Below, piece after piece: positions 56,745 through 64,000 of a stretch of DNA of 64,000 nucleotides. Origin of the DNA: Myxococcota bacterium. GTDB lineage: Bacteria > Myxococcota_A > UBA796 > SXON01. The number at the start of each line of letters is the position of its first letter. Within the stretch, counting starts at the first letter, position 1. The stretch is taken from contig JAZKFH010000038.1 of NCBI GenBank assembly GCA_040386535.1, forward strand, positions 91,191 to 155,190, given 5' to 3'. Position numbers and translations under genes: made by a program. Below the pieces are notes generated by a model. The model worked only from the letters and a program-made list of their open reading frames with translations. It was not told the origin of the DNA and made no database searches.

Positions 56745-58679
56745 TCAGTCGTGGGCGCAGCGGTGGTAGACGAGGTTGGTCCACATCTGGTCGGCCGAGT
56801 ACGCCCAGATCGCGCCGGCGGCGGCGTCCTGGCGCTGGGTGCGGGTCATCTCCAACATCTGCTCGAAGCGCACCCACTCCTGGCCACACTGCGTCGCGTC
56901 CCCCTTGCCGGTCAGCTCGCGGGTGCGGGCGCTGTCGAACCACGCCCAGGCGGCCGGGAGCGTCGCGAAGCGGGGGGGCACCCCGTCCAGGCAGCCGAAG
57001 TCTGCCGCGGGGGCCCACTGCGGCATGCCCGAGTTGATGTCGCGATCGAGCGGGATGTCCGGGAGCACCCGCTTGCGGTCGTACTCGGCCACCCACGTCA
57101 CCGCCGCGGCGCGCCCGTTCAGCGCCTGCTTGCACACCGCGGTGTCCGCGACCTTGCCCGCGCCGAGCAGGCGCATGCGCCGCACCACCTCGTCGACCGG
57201 GAGGCCGCGGCGGCGCACCTGGCCATCCTCCCAGTCGCGCGCGGCGCCCAGGATGCCGTCGACCGTCTGCTTCACCAGGAGCGACCGCGTCGGATCCGCC
57301 TCGTGCGCCGCGAGCAGGGCCTCCACCCGCCGCGAGAGGTCCGCGTCCGCGCCGAGGTTGGCCGCGCGCGTGGTCGTCCACACGATCTGCAGGCTGTCCT
57401 CCAGCGAGAACGCGTGTGTTCCGTGGGACGCCGGGAGCGTGGCGACGCCGGCGGTGCGCGCGCCGGCCATCAGGGTGTCGAGCTCGCGGAGGGCGTCCCG
57501 CGTCGAGAAGCAGCCGAGGAGCGCGCCCACGAGGCCGTGGGTCGGCTCGTACTCGGGGTGTCCGGCGAGGACGAAGGCGGGCGTGCTCGAGAAGAGGTTC
57601 GCGGTGCGCGTCGGGAGGCTCTCGCGCAGGTGGCGGGGGATCGCCTGGTCGGTGAGCGCCGCATCCAGGCCCCGCTCCTGGGCCGCCACGCCGATCGCGT
57701 AGCCGAGCACGCCCACATCCGTCTTCTTGCGCGCAGGCTCGGCCACCTTCCAGCCCACCCGGTCGAGGTAGTGCCGCATCTCCGCGTACCGATCGCAGTG
57801 ACGCCGCTGCTCTTCCAGCGCGCCGAGGCGGAGCGCGAACCGCGCCAAGGAGGCCTGGTCGTAGGCGAACGTCGCCGGGAGCGTGCGGTCGTCGGGAGCG
57901 GCGGCGAGCACGGCCGCGAGCGCCTCGTCCCGCGCGGTCTTCTTCGTCCCGCTCCGCTCGGCCTCGCGCCGCTTCACCAGCGCCTCGAGGTCGCCGAGCG
58001 CCGCCTGCGCGTCCACGAATTGGGGGTCCTCGCTCAACGCGCGCGCGAACGCGGTCTTCGCGTCGTCGAGCTTGCCCTCGGCCGTGCGCGCGAGGCCCTC
58101 GCCGTAGGCCGTGAACGCGGTGAACCGCTCCGTCGGCGCCTGCATCAGGAGCTTGCGCCGCTCCGACGAGGACAGCGTCAGGTCGAGCCCCGCGACCAGC
58201 GCCTCGACCAGCTCCTTCTCCACCGCCACGAAGTCGGCCACGGTGCCGTTCGCGGCCGCCGCCTTCACGACCTCGCCGGTCTGCACCTCGACGATCCGCG
58301 CGTCGAGCGCGAAGGCGGGGTCGAGCACCGTGAACGAGCCCGTGACCACGAAGCGGGCGCCGAGCCCCTTGCCGAGCTTCTGCGCGGTCTTCGGGTCGAG
58401 GAACCCCGTCTCCTGCAGCTTCATCTCCGCCAGGAGCGCGTCGAGCTGGTCGCGCTCCACGAGGCGCAAGCCGGGGAGCGCCGAGAGGTCGGACACGAGC
58501 ATGCCCGCCAACGCGCGGCCCAGGCCGTCGTATTGCGCGCCCGCCGCCCCCTTCTGGAGGGGGAGCACGGCGACCGACGGCGGCTCGGCGGCGTGGGCCG
58601 CACCGATGGCGGCATCACCGATGGCCGTGCCGAGGAGCACGGTGAGCACGAGGCACAAGAACGGGAGGGCGCGGCGCAT
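56745..58679 (-). CDS. CsgG/HfaB-like domain + TPR + unknown C-terminal domain, secreted
   Basis: Signal peptide; same CsgG-like motif set as 52053-52730; TPR (AL..DPQF..A). Confidence 0.8.
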   Translation of the reverse strand: MRRALPFLCLVLTVLLGTAIGDAAIGAAHAAEPPSVAVLPLQKGAAGAQYDGLGRALAGMLVSDLSALPGLRLVERDQLDALLAEMKLQETGFLDPKTAQKLGKGLGARFVVTGSFTVLDPAFALDARIVEVQTGEVVKAAAANGTVADFVAVEKELVEALVAGLDLTLSSSERRKLLMQAPTERFTAFTAYGEGLARTAEGKLDDAKTAFARALSEDPQFVDAQAALGDLEALVKRREAERSGTKKTARDEALAAVLAAAPDDRTLPATFAYDQASLARFALRLGALEEQRRHCDRYAEMRHYLDRVGWKVAEPARKKTDVGVLGYAIGVAAQERGLDAALTDQAIPRHLRESLPTRTANLFSSTPAFVLAGHPEYEPTHGLVGALLGCFSTRDALRELDTLMAGARTAGVATLPASHGTHAFSLEDSLQIVWTTTRAANLGADADLSRRVEALLAAHEADPTRSLLVKQTVDGILGAARDWEDGQVRRRGLPVDEVVRRMRLLGAGKVADTAVCKQALNGRAAAVTWVAEYDRKRVLPDIPLDRDINSGMPQWAPAADFGCLDGVPPRFATLPAAWAWFDSARTRELTGKGDATQCGQEWVRFEQMLEMTRTQRQDAAAGAIWAYSADQMWTNLVYHRCAHD

Positions 58680-58770
58680 CGGCGGGAGTGTACCGCTCCG
58701 TGGCTGGGCAGGGGCTGGGCGGGGGCCGCCGTCCCGCGTGCGCTACGATGCGCGCCTCCTCGGAAGCCCC

Positions 58771-60537
58771 ATGTTGTTCACCCTGGTGTCCGCCGTCTGC
58801 CTCGCGCAGGATCCCTACGCCGCCCTCCTCGCCACGTCGGCCACCAGCCCCGCCGACGAGTACGCCATCGGCAAGGAGTACATCGACTCCCAATTCTGGC
58901 TCCTCGGCGAGCTCAAGGACGCCGAGCAGCAGCTCCGCGTCGAGCGCATCACCCGGCGTGTGCTCGCCGCGAGCGACCGCCCCGATCTCGTGTTCAACGT
59001 GATGCTGCTCGACGACGACGAGGTCAACGCCTCCGCCCTCCCCGGCGGCTTTCTCCAGGTCAACAAGGGCCTGCTCACGCTGTTGAACGACGACGAGCTC
59101 GCCTTCGTCATCGGCCACGAGCTCTCGCACGTCATCCTGCGGCACGGCGCCAGCACCATGAACTTGCAGACCGCCACCCACTCGATGACCGACCTGAAGG
59201 GCTCGCGCGCCAGCGACGACCGCGCCGCCGCCCGCAAGAAGGCCACCGAGCTGTACCTGATGATGGCGTCCCACTCCCGGCAGCTCGAGCTCGAGGCCGA
59301 TCTGTACGGCCAGCTCTACGCCGTGCGCGCCGGCTACCCTTCAGCGGCGTCCATCACCGCGCTCCAGGGCCTGCAGGGCTCGATCGGCGGCGAAGGCATG
59401 ACAGAGGTCGAGGTGCCCTGGGCCAGCCACCCCCTCTTCACCGAGCGCATCGACCAGCTCCAACGCGGCCTCGCCGGCGTGCGGCGCACCCAGGGCCAGT
59501 TCGACGCCGGCCTCTCCTGGCTGCGCGCGGGCCGCTACGAGCAGGCCGCCACCTCGTTCCAGCAGTTCCTCACGCTGTTTCCGCGCAGCACCGCCGGCTG
59601 GGCCAACCTCGGCGCCGCTTACCTGTACCAGGCGGCCAGCGGCGCGCAGGACCCCTGGCTCGACGTGCTCCCCCTGCACGCCGACTCCGGCATCACCGTG
59701 CGCGGCGCCAGCCCCGCCGTCGCCCGTGACCGTGCCCGCGACGCCCTGCTCCGCGCCCTCGCGGTCAACCCCCAGGATCCCGTGTCCATCGGCCTGATGG
59801 GCGTGCTCGCCCGGGGCGAGGGCCGCTTGAAGGAGGCCCGCGCCTTGCTCGAGCGCGCGCTCCTCACCTCGGCCGACGCCGCCCCGCTCCTCGTGGTCCT
59901 CGGCAACGTGGCCGCGCAGGAGGGCAAGACCGACGAGGCCGTGCGCCACTGGGAGAAGGCCCGCGCCCTGGCGCCCGAGCAGGCCGAGCCCCTCGTCAAC
60001 CTGGCCCGGCTCCACGAGCAACAGAAGAAGAAGAAGCCCGCCATCGCCGCCTGGAAGGAGCTGCTCGACGTGCCCGCGTGGCAGGACGAGGCGGTGACCC
60101 GGCTCAAGGGGCTCGGCGTCAAGGTCGAGACGCCGCCGGTGCCAGCGGGCGCCGCCGAGAAGCTGGCGTTCGGGAAGAACAACGTCGGCGTGGGGGACGC
60201 GTACACGACCCTCGCGGCGCTCGGCGCCCCCGACTACGAAGAGGCCGACTCGGCCATGCCCGAGTACCGGTACCTCGCTTGGGACACGGTCGGCCTCGAA
60301 GCGCTCGTGCTCCGCGATCGCGTCGTCCGCTGGAGCCTGTGGTGGCCGGGCACCGCGACCACCCGCGCCGGCATCACCATCGGCTCCTCCCACAACCAGG
60401 TCATGACCGCGTACGGCGAAACCTCGAACCAATACGTCAGCGGCAACATGGCCGAGCTCCAATGGAGCCAACTCGGGCTGATCGTGCTGTTGTCGGACGA
60501 CGAGGTGATGGGGATCGAACTTTCACCGGTGGAGTAG
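58771..60537 (+). CDS. M48 family metallopeptidase with TPRs
   Basis: VNA.ALPGG, ELAFVIGHELSH, ELEAD, SHP; TPR array. Confidence 0.92.
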   Translation: MLFTLVSAVCLAQDPYAALLATSATSPADEYAIGKEYIDSQFWLLGELKDAEQQLRVERITRRVLAASDRPDLVFNVMLLDDDEVNASALPGGFLQVNKGLLTLLNDDELAFVIGHELSHVILRHGASTMNLQTATHSMTDLKGSRASDDRAAARKKATELYLMMASHSRQLELEADLYGQLYAVRAGYPSAASITALQGLQGSIGGEGMTEVEVPWASHPLFTERIDQLQRGLAGVRRTQGQFDAGLSWLRAGRYEQAATSFQQFLTLFPRSTAGWANLGAAYLYQAASGAQDPWLDVLPLHADSGITVRGASPAVARDRARDALLRALAVNPQDPVSIGLMGVLARGEGRLKEARALLERALLTSADAAPLLVVLGNVAAQEGKTDEAVRHWEKARALAPEQAEPLVNLARLHEQQKKKKPAIAAWKELLDVPAWQDEAVTRLKGLGVKVETPPVPAGAAEKLAFGKNNVGVGDAYTTLAALGAPDYEEADSAMPEYRYLAWDTVGLEALVLRDRVVRWSLWWPGTATTRAGITIGSSHNQVMTAYGETSNQYVSGNMAELQWSQLGLIVLLSDDEVMGIELSPVE

Positions 60538-60541
60538 CCAC

Positions 60542-61399
60542 GTGTTCTTGCTCCTCGCCTGCGCGCCGTCGGTCCCCGGGGTGCCCGTCCTGACGGCGCT
60601 TGCGCCGGCGAGCCACGCGGAGGCCGTGTCGGTCGACCGTTTCCTGGCACCGACCGGACTCGGCGCGACCAATGACTTGTTGTGCCCGTGGGCGCGTGGC
60701 GAGCCCGTCCCCGACGCCTCCCTCGTACGTTGGGTCGCCGAGGGGCGCCTCACATGGCGGGTGCTCACCGTCGGGTCGGCGGTCACGTTCGCGGGCTCCG
60801 CCGAACCCGATGCGGCCTCGGCTTCCATGGGGGCCGCGCGCGCGCTCGCGGCGCGGTGCGGGACCGACATCTCGGCCGACGTGCTCGTCGTCGCTGCGCC
60901 GGAGGTTGCGTTCGCGACCGTGGCGCGCGCGGTGATCACGGTCACCCAAGCCGGCTTGGGTCCTGCGTGGCTGCTCGTGGACGATCCGACCCCGACCGCG
61001 CCGACGCTGGCGGCCGTGCTACGGATGTACACGGTCGGGGTGGACGCGAACGGGGTGGTGACCGTCGAGCGCGACGAGCCCGCCGCTGGGCCCGACGGGT
61101 GCGCGGTGGTGACGGGCGCGGACGCTGCGCGGTGGGACGGTGTCGTCGCAGCCGTGGACGACCTGCGCCGCCGGGGTGTCACCGAGGTGATGCTCGCGAC
61201 GGAGGGGGTCGTCCGGGAGGCTCGCCCGATGGGGGGCAGCCCGCCGGGCGTGCGCACCGTGCCGGTGCATGACGACGTCGCGGTGATTCCGTTGGTCATT
61301 CCGCGAATGTGTGCCGAGGGGGCGACGGGGTGTGGGTGTATGGCGGGGACGTTGCGGGTCGGGAATGTCGGCGAGGCGGAGCCGGTGAAGGGGAAGTAG
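60542..61399 (+). CDS. Hypothetical lipoprotein with two ExbD/TolR-like segments
   Basis: LLAC; V.AAPEV.F..V..V..AG and GAD...W..VV..VD.L...GV.EV. Confidence 0.55.
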   Translation: MFLLLACAPSVPGVPVLTALAPASHAEAVSVDRFLAPTGLGATNDLLCPWARGEPVPDASLVRWVAEGRLTWRVLTVGSAVTFAGSAEPDAASASMGAARALAARCGTDISADVLVVAAPEVAFATVARAVITVTQAGLGPAWLLVDDPTPTAPTLAAVLRMYTVGVDANGVVTVERDEPAAGPDGCAVVTGADAARWDGVVAAVDDLRRRGVTEVMLATEGVVREARPMGGSPPGVRTVPVHDDVAVIPLVIPRMCAEGATGCGCMAGTLRVGNVGEAEPVKGK

Positions 61400-61440
61400 G
61401 GATCGGGCGCCCCGGCACCCGCCCGGGGGTGTGTCGTGGT

Positions 61441-61582
61441 GGATGACATCGGGGCGGCGGGTGCCGTCGGCCCCTTCTGGGCGCGGCGCGGAGCGCCTTG
61501 GTCCGGCTCCGGGCACGGCGGACCGTGCCCGGAGCCGGGACCGGCCGCCAGGGGCGGCCGCCCGCCAGGGGCCTGGCGCGGG
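61441..61582 (-). repeat. Dispersed structured element, well-conserved copy
   Basis: CCCGCG cc AGG cccctggc GGGC GGCC..GGCC GGTCC..GGACC aag..GCCC agaag GGGCCG. Confidence 0.85.
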
Positions 61583-61689
61583 TTGCGTCTCATCGATCGA
61601 GTTTCGGCGCGTTCCTGGCCGTTCAAACCGCACATTGCGCGGGTGACGGCGCGGCGCTTCGGCAGCGTCACTGCCTGCTCGCCGAGCTG

Positions 61690-62313
61690 CTACTGTGCGC
61701 TCTGATCGATCTGCAGCTCCCGCGCCAGGTTCTCATTGAACTGTGCGGCCATCTTCTTGCGCTCGTGTTCCTTCACGGGGTGGGGGCCGAACGTGAAGCT
61801 CACGGTGAGGGACGCGGCGCCCGTTCCTGCGAGAACGTACCCGACCGTTTGCATCGGCCTCTTGGCCGCATTCTCCTGGCGGCAAATCGTTTTCGCCTCC
61901 GCGGCCGAATCGGCTTCCGGGTAGATAGCCGTGCCTGCGCCAACACAGCTTGACGGTAGGTTCACCAGCGCGAGCGCGAGGCCCCCGCCCCCAAGGGTCA
62001 GGCCCCCTATGCGCAGGCCGAGGTTGACCCCATTTCTCGTGCGGTACTTCTTCGCGAGCTCGGGCTGCTGAATGTAGTCGTAGAACTTTGCGCCCGTCAG
62101 GGGCTCGCCGTAAATGCCCTTCTTCGGGACGGTCCACGTGCTCACGACCTGGCCGGTGCTCGCGCTGACGCCGACCCAGTCTTCGAAGAGCACGACACGC
62201 TCCTTGAACTGCTCGAGGCGCTGCGCGTCGGTGAGCTCGGTGACGGTGGGAACCGGCGGGGCCGCGGGCTCCTCGGCACGGAGCGGCTGCGCGAGCAAAA
62301 ACAATACGAACAT
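61690..62313 (-). CDS. Hypothetical secreted/membrane protein
   Basis: RBS GAGGAG, signal peptide, two Gly-rich hydrophobic segments flanking a Cys pair. Confidence 0.7.
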   Translation of the reverse strand: MFVLFLLAQPLRAEEPAAPPVPTVTELTDAQRLEQFKERVVLFEDWVGVSASTGQVVSTWTVPKKGIYGEPLTGAKFYDYIQQPELAKKYRTRNGVNLGLRIGGLTLGGGGLALALVNLPSSCVGAGTAIYPEADSAAEAKTICRQENAAKRPMQTVGYVLAGTGAASLTVSFTFGPHPVKEHERKKMAAQFNENLARELQIDQSAQ

Positions 62314-62642
62314 CGGGACGACTCCTCGGTCGATGGCGATCATGCGCCATCTGTACTGGGGCCGTCAACCGACGACGTGGACGCCCGGCAATCGAGCAGT
62401 CGGCCGTCCGTCGCGACGCGAGAGTGACGGCCGCACGAGCACCCGGCGCTCGTCCCACTCGCGCGAGGGCGGTGGCAGCCGCGGCGCCAGATCCTCGGTC
62501 ATCAGCGTTCTCGGGCGCCGCCAGCCCTCATGAAGCGGGGGCGGGCGCTGCAGCGCGAAATCGGTTGTGGTACCGTGGGAATTGCACGCTGGGACTGTTC
62601 TTTGGTCAAATCAGGTTCTATTTGCTCTCTCGGCAGGTTGAC

Positions 62643-62930
62643 GTGAGCCGCCACGGCGTGGCGTTCGGCATTCATGGTGTGGATAGGACAGCGTCACCCG
62701 GTGCGGTGATCGGGCGGTGCTTCGTCGGCCCCATCTCCATCGGTACGGTGTTCAACGCGGCCAGGTCATCCACTGGCACATTGGCTTCAGTGAAGTTGGC
62801 GGTGCTCGAGATTTGGGCGTACGGTCGGCGTATCGAGACTTGCCACGAAGGCCTCACGGCCCGGCTGGTCCTCACTGGCACCATTCCAGAAGGCGTCACA
62901 GACGGAGCGGAGCTGACCGGCGGTGTGTGA
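62643..62930 (+). CDS. Small hypothetical beta-rich protein
   Basis: Protein-like sequence (VIGRC..GPI.IG.VF..V.EI..YG), lower GC; start uncertain. Confidence 0.4.
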   Translation: MSRHGVAFGIHGVDRTASPGAVIGRCFVGPISIGTVFNAARSSTGTLASVKLAVLEIWAYGRRIETCHEGLTARLVLTGTIPEGVTDGAELTGGV

Positions 62931-62957
62931 TACAGACCCGACCGCGTGCCGACAGGG

Positions 62958-63002
62958 GGACCGGCTGCCAGGGGCGGCCGCTCGCCAGGGGCCTGGCGCG
63001 GG
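62958..63002 (-). repeat. Dispersed structured element, 5' half only
   Basis: Nearly identical to 61538-61582 up to GGTCC, then diverges. Confidence 0.8.
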
Positions 63003-63154
63003 TTGCCTTGGGGGTGGGCTTGGTGTAGGGAGGCCCATGGGGCGGGACGGGCAATCCGCGATGCCCGCACTCGAGGGCGCACGGCAGCAGCTCTGCCGCC
63101 GGCCCAGAGACCAGGAAGTCCGCACCATCCTCGTGTGCGCATTAGCGAGGGAGG

Positions 63155-63976
63155 ATGCGCAACCTCCTTCTTGCTTCGCTCGTCCTCCCGTCCTGCCCTC
63201 CTGGCGAGGAGATCCCCCCCTGCGAGGCTGCCGCCACCACGATCGCCGAGTGCGACCTTGAGATCGAGGACAGTATGTATCCGGACCTCGCCGATACCTG
63301 CCCGAGCGACTGCGTGGCGGAGTGCGTCGCCGGGGCCTTCTGCGACGAGCTCGATCCCGCGCTGGCTCTGAGTCGGTACTCCTGGGGCAGCTGCGGCGGG
63401 TCGTCGCCCACCGAGGAGTGCATCAGCGACTGCAACGGCGGCTGCGACACGGACGACTGGACTCCGCTCGTACTCGTCTTCGACGGCGCGCCGGTGCGCT
63501 TCGCGGTCGACGGGGCCGTCTTCGACTCCGGGCGCGGCCCTCTCGTCACCGACTGGCCCTCCGCGCCCTGGCTCGCCCTGGACCGCAACGGGAACGGCCT
63601 TGTCGACGACGCCTCCGAGCTCTTCGGTGACGCGACGCCGCTCGCCACGGGCGGCACGGGTCCTAATGGCTTCGCGCCTCTGGCGGAGCTGGACGCCGAT
63701 GGCGACGGATGGATCACGCCGGCCGACCCGTCCTGGCCCCTGCTGCGCGTCTGGACCGACGCCGACGGGAAGTGCTCTCCTGCCGAACTCGAACCGCTGC
63801 CCGACGGCGCGGCGCTCGAACTCGCGTGGACGCTCGATGCCCGCTGCGACGCGCGCGGAAACTGTGAGCGCGAGCGCGCGCGACTCGTGTACGTCGACGC
63901 GACGGGCGCGCGTCGCGAGGGTGCCGTCGTAGACGTGCACGTCCGCGCGCGGAACACCGTGACGGCGGCGCGGTAG
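63155..63976 (+). CDS. Lipoprotein with Cys-rich N-terminus and Ca-binding (hemolysin-associated-type) domain
   Basis: LPSC; TPLVL.FDG, WLALDRNGNG.VDD.SELFG, NGF..LAELD.DGDG.I. Confidence 0.8.
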   Translation: MRNLLLASLVLPSCPPGEEIPPCEAAATTIAECDLEIEDSMYPDLADTCPSDCVAECVAGAFCDELDPALALSRYSWGSCGGSSPTEECISDCNGGCDTDDWTPLVLVFDGAPVRFAVDGAVFDSGRGPLVTDWPSAPWLALDRNGNGLVDDASELFGDATPLATGGTGPNGFAPLAELDADGDGWITPADPSWPLLRVWTDADGKCSPAELEPLPDGAALELAWTLDARCDARGNCERERARLVYVDATGARREGAVVDVHVRARNTVTAAR

Positions 63977-64000
63977 CCCAGGCCGTACGCGTACGGCGAG

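Overview
Very GC-rich bacterial DNA, most likely a myxobacterium (Myxococcota) or relative. This is inferred from a MYXO-CTERM-like tail, zinc-ribbon/GYF/TPR membrane proteins, MopE-type Cys/Asp motifs and FG-GAP lipoproteins. About 50 CDSs are supported, mixing housekeeping genes (speA, glmU, uvrD/pcrA, ogt, elbB, an M3 oligopeptidase, a GspE/PilB ATPase) with accessory genes. I saw no rRNA, tRNA or CRISPR array. Main observations: (1) a dispersed ~140-170 nt intergenic element in about 10 copies on both strands, with a conserved multi-hairpin fold supported by compensatory base changes; two copies sit back to back beside a divergent RAYT/TnpA-Y1-like HUH nuclease gene and a palindromic REP-like array; (2) a PlpX-like radical SAM/SPASM enzyme convergent with a zinc-ribbon/lipobox/MYG precursor; (3) a Bd0055-like bacterial histone fused to a zinc-binding domain; (4) a secreted CHAT protease / output-less CHASE2 / CsgG-like / M48 gene cluster facing a SAP-caspase fusion; (5) a SIR2-receiver fusion; (6) a winged-helix STAND regulator next to 11-bp-spaced direct repeats. 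All family assignments come from motifs recognised by eye; no database search was run.
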